DNA of 50,167 nucleotides from Promethearchaeota archaeon (GTDB lineage Archaea; Asgardarchaeota; Lokiarchaeia; Sigyniarchaeales; SOKP01), in contig JBHLOI010000024.1 of NCBI GenBank assembly GCA_048940645.1, positions 1-50,167 on the forward strand. Reading direction: 5' to 3'. Positions 19,920 through 29,403 of the stretch are shown one piece after another; position 1 is the stretch's first letter; every line of letters begins with the position of its first letter. The notes under the pieces were generated by a model. It was given only the letters and a program-made list of their open reading frames with translations, did no database searches and had not been told where the DNA came from. A program made the translations under genes and the position numbers.

Positions 19920-19990
19920 ATCTAGTAAAGTTGGAAGAAGTAGTAGTAAAAAATATATTTTAGTGGTAAAATTTACGAATTACTAGTAAA
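19920..19990. repeat. Four phased direct repeats T(A/G)GTAAA at 20-21 bp spacing
   Basis: Cores at 19923, 19944, 19964 and 19984. Confidence 0.55.
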
Positions 19991-20217
19991 ATTAAAATAG
20001 CTAATTTTTTTAACTCCAATTGATTCATTAGAAGTGCTGGTTAGTTCTTAACAATTTTAGGAATATGAACCATTAATTTCTTCTTATCGTACAATATTGT
20101 TAATATTTTTCGAAAAAAAGCAAATATATATAAACAAATTTAACAATTTAGAATAATACCTATGCTTATTTTTCCCATCAAGGTATTAAGTTATTATATT
20201 AGGAGGGAGATGAGTTT

Positions 20218-22581
20218 TTGACTTCATTAAATGTCAAATTAGAGAATTTTGAAGAAGAATGTATAAAAAGTATTGATTCAATATTCGATGCTTATTTTTT
20301 ACTCTCTAAAAAGAATATAATATTGGATTGTGGGATTAAAGATAGATTGCTTAATTCATATTTCGGATGGAAAAGTCTTCAAGGAAAAGATCTCATCAAG
20401 TTCTTCGAGACTCAAATTCAACAAGAGAGTAATAAAAGATTACTTCAAAAAATTTCAGAAAAAAAGCCTCAAATATTTGAAGTTAGTATAAAGGTAAATT
20501 ATCAAACTGGTTATTACAATGTATTTATTTTTATTTTAGCTAATGATCAAATGCTCATTAATTTTCAGAACATAGACAAACAGAAGAAAATTGAATTTGA
20601 ATTGGCTGAAGAGAGAAATACATTAAAAAATATAATCGAACTAAACCCTTATGCTATTGAAATAAAGGATGCTGAAGGTCGACACGTTAGTGCTAATAAA
20701 GCCTTCATTGATATGTTTAAATCTGTGGCTCCACCTGAATACTCTATCTTTACAGATCCTCATCTTAAAAAGAGAGGACTACTGGATAAAATTCTAAAAC
20801 TAAAGGATGGTGAGGTTGTAAAGATGGGAGAACATTGGTATGATGTTCGTGACTCTGCAAGAGAAGCTGGTCTTAATTTAGAGGATTATCCGAGCTCACC
20901 AATATGCCATAAAGCTGTTGCTTTTCCAATATTCGATAGAGAGGGCAAAATAAAGAATTACGTTATGATGCATGAAGACATTACTGCATATAAAAAAGCT
21001 GAGCAAAAGTTACGTGAGAGTGAAGAAAGATTTCGCTCTCTGGTTGAAACTACTAGTGATTGGATATGGGAAGTGGATGTGAACTCTGTTTTTACTTATG
21101 TAAGTCCAAAAGTTAGAGAATTATTAGGGTATGACCCAAAAGAAATCATTGGCAAAACTCCTTTTGATTTAATGCCTTTAGAGGAAGCAGAACGTGTGCA
21201 AAAAGTTTTTAAAACCATACTTGATTCCGATAAATCTTTTAAAATATTTGATAATACGAATCTCCATAAGGATGGAAGTTTAAAGATTCTTGAAACGAGT
21301 GGAGTACCAATTTTTGATGAAGATGGTAAACTTATAGGCTATCGTGGCATCAATCGTGACATTACTAAGCGCAAAAAGGCAGAAAAGAAATTAAAAGAGT
21401 CTGAAGAAATGTATCGGAATTTATTTAATAGTACACCCTATGCAATTTGGCTTGTAGATTTACAAGGAAAAATTATTGATTGTAATGAACCAATGGATAA
21501 ATTCATGTCAATATTTAAATACACCGATTTAATAGGAAAATCTTTCAGAGATGTACTTAAAATGTTTGCACGTGAAGGAGATCCCAGATTTGAAAATTTA
21601 GAAAAACGTTTGAAAGATAGATTTAAGATATTATTAAAAAAAGGCTATATCAAACCAATCGAATTTGAAATTTTTAGGGGTGATGGTAAAACATTTTGGA
21701 TAACTTTAGAATCTTCCTTTGTCAATATAGGCAAAAAAAGACTTATTCAAACATTTATTAAGGATATTACAGAGAAAAAGTTAGCTGAAATTGAATTAGA
21801 GGATTTAAGGAAAGAGTTAGAAACTAGAGTAAAAGAGAGAACAATTAAGCTGGAAAATTCGGAAAAAAAGTATCGGAAGGCATATAACAGGGCAAATTGT
21901 TATAAAGGACTGTTTACTCACGATATATCTAATATGTTTCACACTATTGGAAATTCTATAGAATTATGTGATACATTATTGAAAGAGGGAGTGAAAAATA
22001 GCGATATGATTGAATATTTTGATGTAATTGAACAACAAATTAATCGGGGGAAAAAGTTAATAAATAATATTAGAAATTTATCAGAAATTGAAGAATCCGA
22101 AATGCCCTTAGTGCCTACAGAGGTTTTTAATAAGTTGAAAAACGCTATCCAATTTGTTAAGGTAAATTTCCAGAAACGAGATATTAATTTCAATATTGTA
22201 TCTGATTTAGATGAGATTTACGTACTTTCTAATGATTTATTACTTGATGTCTTTGAAAATATTCTTATTAACTCTGTACTTTACAATAAAAATGAATCTA
22301 TAAAGATTGAAATTAATATTTCAAGATTGAAAGAAAATGAGAAATCATATATTAAATTAGAATTTAAAGACAATGGTATTGGTATAAATGATAATAGAAA
22401 AAGACTCATATTCATGGAGAATTACAAGAAAAGAACAGGATCTAAAGGTATGGGGCTTGGACTTTCTCTTGTCGCTAAACTTTTAGACCTTTGTCAAGGA
22501 AAAATCTGGGTTGAGGATAGAGTTAAAGGAGATTATACTCAAGGAAGTAATTTTGTTATTTTAATACCAGAAGCAGAATAA
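20218..22581 (+). CDS. Multi-PAS sensor histidine kinase
   Basis: At least 3 PAS/PAC repeats (DIT.RK.AE..L.ESE), H-box FTHDISN, N-box ENILINS, DNGIGI, GMGLGL. Confidence 0.93.
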   Translation: MTSLNVKLENFEEECIKSIDSIFDAYFLLSKKNIILDCGIKDRLLNSYFGWKSLQGKDLIKFFETQIQQESNKRLLQKISEKKPQIFEVSIKVNYQTGYYNVFIFILANDQMLINFQNIDKQKKIEFELAEERNTLKNIIELNPYAIEIKDAEGRHVSANKAFIDMFKSVAPPEYSIFTDPHLKKRGLLDKILKLKDGEVVKMGEHWYDVRDSAREAGLNLEDYPSSPICHKAVAFPIFDREGKIKNYVMMHEDITAYKKAEQKLRESEERFRSLVETTSDWIWEVDVNSVFTYVSPKVRELLGYDPKEIIGKTPFDLMPLEEAERVQKVFKTILDSDKSFKIFDNTNLHKDGSLKILETSGVPIFDEDGKLIGYRGINRDITKRKKAEKKLKESEEMYRNLFNSTPYAIWLVDLQGKIIDCNEPMDKFMSIFKYTDLIGKSFRDVLKMFAREGDPRFENLEKRLKDRFKILLKKGYIKPIEFEIFRGDGKTFWITLESSFVNIGKKRLIQTFIKDITEKKLAEIELEDLRKELETRVKERTIKLENSEKKYRKAYNRANCYKGLFTHDISNMFHTIGNSIELCDTLLKEGVKNSDMIEYFDVIEQQINRGKKLINNIRNLSEIEESEMPLVPTEVFNKLKNAIQFVKVNFQKRDINFNIVSDLDEIYVLSNDLLLDVFENILINSVLYNKNESIKIEINISRLKENEKSYIKLEFKDNGIGINDNRKRLIFMENYKKRTGSKGMGLGLSLVAKLLDLCQGKIWVEDRVKGDYTQGSNFVILIPEAE

Positions 22582-22666
22582 TTTAAGTATTACAATTAAA
22601 TTATTTATTTAATCAAAACATAATTCTATTAATTATAAAATCAATTATCTTAAATGGTATTCAATT

Positions 22667-23494
22667 ATGAATGGTAAGATTCCAAAAGAAACAAAAAAAT
22701 CAAAAAAAGATGTAAAATGGTATACTTATGTAGATTCAGAACTCGATACTAAATTAAAGGAGTTCATGGAACTATATAACATTAAAAAACAAGCAAAAGT
22801 AATAAGAGACTGCGTTAATTACTATATTGATTATGTAAAACAAGTATTACAAAAGCAAACTGAAAAAAAAGAATATAACGACAAATTTATTGATGATTTT
22901 ATCAGAAAAGCTATTAATGTTTATGAATTGAACATGACTTATTATGAAGAGCTGAAACAGAAACTTTCACCTCTTAAAATATCAATTCTGATGTTAGATA
23001 ATTTTTTAAATGAACCTAATAAACTTACTGAAAACATTGAAAATGTAAAAAACGCTCTTTTTGAATTAGAAAATTTAATAAAACGGCGTTTTGAGGAACC
23101 AAAACTAATTAGACATATAAAAAAATTCGATATTCTGTATATTGAAGATAATGAATTAGAACGAAAAACAGTTGATACATACTTCAATAGAAAAGGAGTA
23201 GATATTATATCTATAGAGACATCCGAAGAGGGACTTGATATTTTAAAAGTTTCTACTCCTCGAGCTATTTTATTGGATATAGATTTAAAAACTAGTAATA
23301 TCAATGGAGATAAATTATGTCAAATTTTAAAATCCACACCACAATACAGTACAATTCCAATAATATTAATCTCTGCTGTTGTTTCAGAAATAGAAAAAAG
23401 GGAGATATTAACATCTACTGGAGCAGATGATATAATTATTAAACCTATTGAAAAGCTAGCAGATTTGGATGTATTATTTAAATATCTCAAGTAG
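22667..23494 (+). CDS. Response regulator: N-terminal RHH-like domain plus C-terminal receiver
   Basis: ILYIEDN, ILLDIDL (phosphoacceptor Asp), IIKP; N-terminal WYTYVDSELDTKLK..KQAKVIRDCV. Confidence 0.85.
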   Translation: MNGKIPKETKKSKKDVKWYTYVDSELDTKLKEFMELYNIKKQAKVIRDCVNYYIDYVKQVLQKQTEKKEYNDKFIDDFIRKAINVYELNMTYYEELKQKLSPLKISILMLDNFLNEPNKLTENIENVKNALFELENLIKRRFEEPKLIRHIKKFDILYIEDNELERKTVDTYFNRKGVDIISIETSEEGLDILKVSTPRAILLDIDLKTSNINGDKLCQILKSTPQYSTIPIILISAVVSEIEKREILTSTGADDIIIKPIEKLADLDVLFKYLK

Positions 23495-23749
23495 ATTATT
23501 AAATTCTTAATTATATTAGTTTTAACGATTCTTAATATTCTTTTTCGCATTATTAAAATTTGGGTATTTCCATATGAATTAAAAAGATTATCTTGTATCA
23601 AAATTATATATTAAAAATTTATTCCAATAAAGCCAAATCATCTATAAGGCTTTCGAAATCCATACAAATATAATATAATCAGTACATTTTTGTAGTGAAT
23701 CCAAGGTTCAACTTTACTAGAACGAAAATTATAAAAATGGGAAAATAAA

Positions 23750-24997
23750 ATGTCTAAGGAAAAATTTGTGAGGGACAAGCCTCACGTGAACATTGGAACT
23801 ATAATATTAACTTTATTTGTTATTATTTCTATGGGTTCCCTCGGAATGATGATATACTCTGATATCATGGAAACGCGTGATAGTGATGGCGATTCAATCC
23901 CGGATCTTGAGGAGGACATTGCGAGTAGTGCTTTATTTTTCGACATCTCGGACGATACTCTATTTTTTCGTACATATGAGACTGGGACTAGTGGTCATGA
24001 AGTTGGTCATAATTTAGGTCTTTCTCATGATGGACTTAGTTCGCACGTAAATGTACGATTGGGTCTATTTGATGATGTTTCGGCAGGTATTCCGATTCTT
24101 GATTTTAATATTAAATATGACTCACTAATAGAGTTTGTGGATAGTGATAGTAATGGATTTTTTGACCCTGCAATAGATACGATCATAGGAAAAACAACAT
24201 TAGATAATATGCTACGATTAGGATTTGGATTTGGGGTTGAAGGAGAGCCTGCCTATTATTCAAGCTATTCTACAATTGATGGTGTATTCCACGTTGATTT
24301 CTATACTGCTAGAGAACATGTATTACTCGGTCGTCAAGTTGGACTATTGAGCCCATCTGAATTAAAATCTTATATAACATTTACTGAATATACACCGATA
24401 ACTGGAGGAACCCAATTGGCTTTAAATCTTTCATTAAGTTCGAGTCATGATATAACATTTTCAGGAACAACTTTATCGGCAATTTCATCAATTGGAAATT
24501 ATAAAGTGGAGTATGAATGGTATAATTGGGCAATAATTGATGATGTTGAAACAAAGGTAAATACAACAGTACCATCGTCCCCTATACCTTTAAATATTGG
24601 ATCAATTTATATCAATTTTGGCGAAGTAATCAATGGTACTTATGACCCGAAATTATATTGGCAAATTCCAAGACCAACTAGTTTTACTATTACCGATCTA
24701 CCTTGGTCGTATATTACAATTGGTTCAATTGGGGTAATAGCGGTAGGTGCGGCGGCGAAAATTCAAAGAGGGAAAAAAAAATCCAAAGAAAAACCAAAGC
24801 CAAAGCCACCAACAAATAAATTTGATATGATTGCCACTTCTGTTCAATCTACAGCCGAATCGGAAGATCATATTCCTAGGAAAAGACCTGGGCGCGTAAA
24901 ATATGGTGACATTCCTCCATCGCCAAAAGACTCACCTGAAAAGTCTACTAAATCTGAAAAGAGAATTCCAAGCACTTTACGTCATAGAAACCGCTAA
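23750..24997 (+). CDS. Membrane-anchored protein with a mosaic of short foreign-looking motifs
   Basis: N-terminal and C-terminal TM segments; see findings. Confidence 0.8.
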   Translation: MSKEKFVRDKPHVNIGTIILTLFVIISMGSLGMMIYSDIMETRDSDGDSIPDLEEDIASSALFFDISDDTLFFRTYETGTSGHEVGHNLGLSHDGLSSHVNVRLGLFDDVSAGIPILDFNIKYDSLIEFVDSDSNGFFDPAIDTIIGKTTLDNMLRLGFGFGVEGEPAYYSSYSTIDGVFHVDFYTAREHVLLGRQVGLLSPSELKSYITFTEYTPITGGTQLALNLSLSSSHDITFSGTTLSAISSIGNYKVEYEWYNWAIIDDVETKVNTTVPSSPIPLNIGSIYINFGEVINGTYDPKLYWQIPRPTSFTITDLPWSYITIGSIGVIAVGAAAKIQRGKKKSKEKPKPKPPTNKFDMIATSVQSTAESEDHIPRKRPGRVKYGDIPPSPKDSPEKSTKSEKRIPSTLRHRNR

Positions 24998-25060
24998 AAA
25001 ATAAAAGAATCTCAAAAATATATAAATTTCCACTTTTTTATGTTTTAATTACTGTTAGTA

Positions 25061-25669
25061 TTAATTATTTAGGAATACCATCAGACCAAGAACGAAGTAG
25101 TAGAGTTCATAGGGAGTGACCCCTATTCTTTCGAGTAATCCCCTGTAATTACTTGTGGCGAAGATACCTGAGATAATTACAAGGACTAAAGAAACGATAG
25201 CTGAAATGAGTGAATATGTAGCAAACGCACTCCACACTGCTACTAACTGTAATCGAAACCAAAGTGCTACCATCCCTGCAATTGTTAAGATTCCTGACGC
25301 TGCCACAAGGATTAGGTGCATTTTTCCTCTAATAGTTTTTATTTCACCCCCCGCATCAAGAGGGAAAAAGAGAGCCACGAGTATGCCTAAAACTGAACTA
25401 ATCAAAAATAAACTCGGTCCTAAAATTGACCCTCCTCCATCTTTTATACCCTCCTGTAATCCAATATAGAATACAAACAACAAAACACTAGATATAATAA
25501 TTAATGATTGCGATAAGCGCCTGTTAGGAGCGCCAACTGCAAACAGTGAACTTATATCAGTTCGAATATGACTATAATCCGCTTGTAAACTTCCGCATAA
25601 AATCCACATCGCAGTATATACGATTGGACTTAACATTCCGCAAATTGCCAAAATTTGAAATACATTCAT
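25061..25669 (-). CDS. DUF998-like membrane protein
   Basis: YSH...ISSL.A.GAP, FPLD..G.MH, GLLER. Confidence 0.75.
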   Translation of the reverse strand: MNVFQILAICGMLSPIVYTAMWILCGSLQADYSHIRTDISSLFAVGAPNRRLSQSLIIISSVLLFVFYIGLQEGIKDGGGSILGPSLFLISSVLGILVALFFPLDAGGEIKTIRGKMHLILVAASGILTIAGMVALWFRLQLVAVWSAFATYSLISAIVSLVLVIISGIFATSNYRGLLERIGVTPYELYYFVLGLMVFLNN

Positions 25670-25670
25670 A

Positions 25671-25999
25671 ATTTTCTGGTTTTGTATTTAAAAAGTGATT
25701 TAAAATTAAAGCTTTATTTTTCTCCAGAATAAAATAAAAAAACCTTCTGCTGTTCCAGTTTTTATAAAATTAATATCAAATATTTCATATTCTGGGTTTT
25801 CTTCTTTAAACTCATAAACGTTTTTATTCAATTCCTTTTGCATAATTTTCATATCATTTTGATTCAAATATCGGGTTTTTGTTAATTTAAATTCTGGATA
25901 TTCGTCATTTTTCATTTCATATCTCTTTCTTTCTTCAATATTTTCTGGTTTTGTTCTTTAAAAAATGCTTTAAAATAAAAGCTTTACTTTTCTGCGAAT
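25671..25999. repeat. Imperfect ~60-bp direct repeat (25671-25730 and 25940-25999)
   Basis: attttctggttttgt..tttaaaaa.tg.tttaaaat.aaagcttta.ttttct..gaat in both copies. Confidence 0.75.
25706..25915 (-). CDS. Small hypothetical protein
   Basis: 69-aa ORF with upstream purine-rich RBS, bracketed by a direct repeat. Confidence 0.5.
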   Translation of the reverse strand: MKNDEYPEFKLTKTRYLNQNDMKIMQKELNKNVYEFKEENPEYEIFDINFIKTGTAEGFFILFWRKIKL

Positions 26000-26058
26000 T
26001 ATTATAAATCAAGAAATATTAATATGTTAAATCCAAGGATGATTAAAAATAAGTTGAT

Positions 26059-26862
26059 GTGAAGTTGCCAAAAGTTAAGGTTGATGGAGTAAATCTTTAT
26101 TATGAGACTCATGGTGATGGTTCTCCTCTTTTAATGATTCAGGGCTTATCTGAGAATGTATATTGGTGGGATCGCCCCATGATTGAAGAGCTTTCAAAGC
26201 ATTTCAAGACAGTCATATTTGATAATAGAGGTGTTGGGAGGAGTGATGATCTGGATGAAGATATCTCGATAGAAATGATGGCTACTGATGCTTTAGGATT
26301 GATGGATGCTTTAAGTATTAATCAAGCTCATATCCTTGGTCATTCGTTAGGAGGAATGGTCGCGCAGGAGCTAGCTATCAAATTTCCCGAGCGAATTAAA
26401 AAGCTTGTTCTGTGTTCAACAAGTTGCGGAGGATCAAAGGCAGAAATCCCTTCAATAGAGACACAAAAATTATTAACTAAGTTATCAATAAGAAAACACA
26501 CACGAGATTTAACCGAGGAAGGAATGACCCATATATTTACTAAGACGTTCTTGGATGAAAATTCTGAATTTATGGAAAAAAAAGTTGACGATATTTTGAT
26601 TATTCCTACAGGACCAACTACCTTTAAAGCCCAAATGGCTGCATGGATGAGATACAATTCATGTAGAAAATTAAAAAACATAAATATACCCACTTTAATA
26701 CTACATGGCAAGCAGGATATTCTTGTTCCACCTAGCAATGCTGAATTATTAGCTGAAAAAATGCCAGGGGCAGAAATCATATACTTCGATTCAAATGCTC
26801 ATATTATTCACACAGAGGAACCTGATAAGTTTATCAAAACATTACTTAAATTTCTGAAGTAA
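26059..26862 (+). CDS. Alpha/beta hydrolase
   Basis: DNRGVGRS, GHSLGG nucleophile elbow, HGKQD, AH. Confidence 0.92.
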   Translation: MKLPKVKVDGVNLYYETHGDGSPLLMIQGLSENVYWWDRPMIEELSKHFKTVIFDNRGVGRSDDLDEDISIEMMATDALGLMDALSINQAHILGHSLGGMVAQELAIKFPERIKKLVLCSTSCGGSKAEIPSIETQKLLTKLSIRKHTRDLTEEGMTHIFTKTFLDENSEFMEKKVDDILIIPTGPTTFKAQMAAWMRYNSCRKLKNINIPTLILHGKQDILVPPSNAELLAEKMPGAEIIYFDSNAHIIHTEEPDKFIKTLLKFLK

Positions 26863-26872
26863 GGCTTTTGAG

Positions 26873-27766
26873 TTGATGAGAATGCCATGGATAAATGATG
26901 CAGGAAAATTTAATAAAAACATTACTCTCATAGACGCAAACATGTTAGGCACGCCAAAAGATACGTGTATTTATTTAATCGAAGGTACTGAAAGAACGGC
27001 GTTAATTGATGCTGCAGGACCTCAAGAGGCAGAAAATTTTACGAAAAAGTTGGAAAAAATGGATATAACACCGGATATACTTATATTAACGCATGCACAT
27101 TGGGACCATGCTGCTGGTACCCCCGTATTTCAGGAAAAATATACAAACATAAAAGTAATGATTGAAAAACATGGAATTGAAGCTCTTAAAAATCCAAAAG
27201 AATTTAACGAACCATTTAGTGAATTCCCATTTTTACCAGAGTTAGAAAAAATCGATGGTTTAACCCCTATAAGTGATGGCGATAAGATAGATTTGGGGGG
27301 ATTAGAATTAGTGATTATAGAAACTCCTGGTCATACGAATTGTTGCATTTCCATTTTTGAATCAAATCATAAAGTGTTATTTATAGGAGATAGTTTAGGT
27401 AATATATGGACATTGAACCTCATCATGCCATTAATTATGCCTCCGGAATTTTCAGAAGAAAAATACCTTAAAACAATTAATAGGATTAAAAATTTAGATT
27501 ACAATTCTCTTGCCCTTGCCCATTATGGAGTTTTAACTGAGTCAATTGCCCGTAAGTTTCCCGATTTAGTAAAATCCGCTTATTCTGATTGGAAAGATTT
27601 TTTCATAACCACATGGAACAAAAATCAAAATGAAGACTTCATAATCAAAAAATTTGTTAAAAGAATGAATGAAAGGGGAATATATAATCAAGCTGAGAGT
27701 AAATTCACGCTAGAACTATTTGGAGCCTGGATGTTGGATGGTTTAAGATCGGGCAATTTAATTTAA
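26873..27766 (+). CDS. Metallo-beta-lactamase-fold hydrolase
   Basis: THAHWDHAAG, TPGHT, GD, AHYG. Confidence 0.92.
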   Translation: MMRMPWINDAGKFNKNITLIDANMLGTPKDTCIYLIEGTERTALIDAAGPQEAENFTKKLEKMDITPDILILTHAHWDHAAGTPVFQEKYTNIKVMIEKHGIEALKNPKEFNEPFSEFPFLPELEKIDGLTPISDGDKIDLGGLELVIIETPGHTNCCISIFESNHKVLFIGDSLGNIWTLNLIMPLIMPPEFSEEKYLKTINRIKNLDYNSLALAHYGVLTESIARKFPDLVKSAYSDWKDFFITTWNKNQNEDFIIKKFVKRMNERGIYNQAESKFTLELFGAWMLDGLRSGNLI

Positions 27767-27790
27767 TTTTTTAATTCATTCATATGTAAA

Positions 27791-28339
27791 TCAAACATCT
27801 AAATCATTATCAACACCGATCATAAGACAACTAATAATATAAAAACAATCATTTACATGATTTCCTGTTTTAGCTGAGGTTTCTATATAGCGCAAGTTGA
27901 AGTCTTTTGCAAAATCATTTACTTCTTCGATAGAAACGGCTCTTTGGTCAGTTAAATCGCTTTTATTACCAACTAATAAAAGAGGGATTTCAATATTTAT
28001 ATTTTTTCGCACTTCTTCTATCCATTTGAAAAGATGCTCAAAACTAGCATAATTTGTTAAGTCAAATACTAAAATTGCTCCAAGAGCACCTCGATAATAC
28101 ATAGGTCTTATAGCACCGAATCGTTCTTCTCCACCTGTGTCCCATACTTGTAACTTGCACCTAATAACTCCCTCATCTGTATCTATGGATATAGTTTTAA
28201 CGTTAAAATCTACTCCAATGGTCATTTTATAATCTTCAGTAAAAATCCCTTTTGAAAATCTGATAGTTAAAGCTGTTTTACCTACCCCACCATCTCCTAT
28301 AACAATCGTTTTAAAAAGATACTCATACTCCTGAGCCAT
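27791..28339 (-). CDS. Rab-like small GTPase
   Basis: GDGGVGKT, TIGVDF, WDTGG, YYRGA, NKSD, ETSAK. Confidence 0.93.
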   Translation of the reverse strand: MAQEYEYLFKTIVIGDGGVGKTALTIRFSKGIFTEDYKMTIGVDFNVKTISIDTDEGVIRCKLQVWDTGGEERFGAIRPMYYRGALGAILVFDLTNYASFEHLFKWIEEVRKNINIEIPLLLVGNKSDLTDQRAVSIEEVNDFAKDFNLRYIETSAKTGNHVNDCFYIISCLMIGVDNDLDV

Positions 28340-28570
28340 TTTCTATCAACTATTGAGATTTTCTTTTGTTCTATATTTCGATTTTTAATATTCTATTAAA
28401 TGAAGATTTATAAGAATCTAGTTATTTTTAATTTGATAATTTGTGTTAAATTAGTAATTAATATCCTATAAAACCCGCTAATCCGACTCTAATGGATGGC
28501 TTGGTATTCTCTCTTTAAACAAAGAGTCTATTTAAACAAATGAAATTCTAAGCCGAATTTTCAAAATAGC

Positions 28571-28711
28571 ATGAAAATTAGGGGAGGTAATAATAGCATT
28601 ATCCACCTTGATGTTATGATTGGTTCGGGAGAAATGAATGTAGATGGAATATTAGAAGATAAGACCGTAGAACCAATAATGCGAAACGGAGTTTGGGCTT
28701 TTAATGTATAA
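28571..28711 (+). pseudogene. C-terminal remnant of an M29 (AmpS-like) aminopeptidase
   Basis: Manual translation MKIRGGNNSIIHLDVMIGSGEMNVDGILEDKTVEPIMRNGVWAFNV resembles the M29 terminus N.S..HxD.MIGS.EM.VDG.....EP..R.G.W. Confidence 0.75.
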
Positions 28712-28781
28712 TTTAACCTTTAACTTAGATATTTTCTAATTCTGGAAGTTCTTGATCTCTTTTGTGAACAATTAATTACAA

Positions 28782-29150
28782 TTAGAATAAATTCAAGATT
28801 GCTAGGCTAACTGAAGCAATAAGAATTATTCCGAACATAATCACAAATGTCCATTGTTTTCTTTGTCCATAATAACCTGCTGCATTGATCACTGCATAAA
28901 TTACTAATCCCATTGCTAGAATAAAGAAATAAGGTGCCCAAGAGAGACCAAAAAGAAGAAGTATTCCGCTTAATAGAGAGAGAATCCCCATTATAATTTC
29001 AGCAGTTAAATGAAATGCTATTGCTACAGGTTCTGTTTTTAATTCTGGTACCTGTTTTGTTAAAAGCAACATTGTCCAAAGTCCTAAAATCCCTATTCCT
29101 ATCACTATTGCGTATATTCCACTAATTATTAAAAGAACCATATCTCTCAT
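28782..29150 (-). CDS. Small 4-TM membrane protein
   Basis: Hydrophobic; FHLTAE and AGYYGQ motifs. Confidence 0.7.
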   Translation of the reverse strand: MRDMVLLIISGIYAIVIGIGILGLWTMLLLTKQVPELKTEPVAIAFHLTAEIIMGILSLLSGILLLFGLSWAPYFFILAMGLVIYAVINAAGYYGQRKQWTFVIMFGIILIASVSLAILNLF

Positions 29151-29403
29151 GTTTTTACAAAGTTTTATTAAAGAAGATAAGACTTAATTAGATAAAAGAT
29201 TTTTGGTTCTTAACTTTTTATTACTTCATGCGATTTAACTCACAGAAAGAACGAGTATATTGATCCGCAGAAAATGAAATATTATTAAATGTCTATAGGA
29301 TAGTTTTAGATTTATTGATTTTCAAAAATTGGACTATATTATTTTCATATATCGCATTTTCTTCTTTTTTCTTACAAATATATTTTACAAAAAAATTGGA
29401 TAA

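Noticed and set aside
23750-23803. Calling the ORF tuf or an EF-Tu pseudogene
   Set aside because: Similarity stops before the GHVDHGKT P-loop; the rest is an unrelated membrane protein.
23996-24031. Calling the ORF a metzincin protease
   Set aside because: Only the 12-residue motif is present, about 80 aa from the N-terminus, with no room for the upstream catalytic subdomain.
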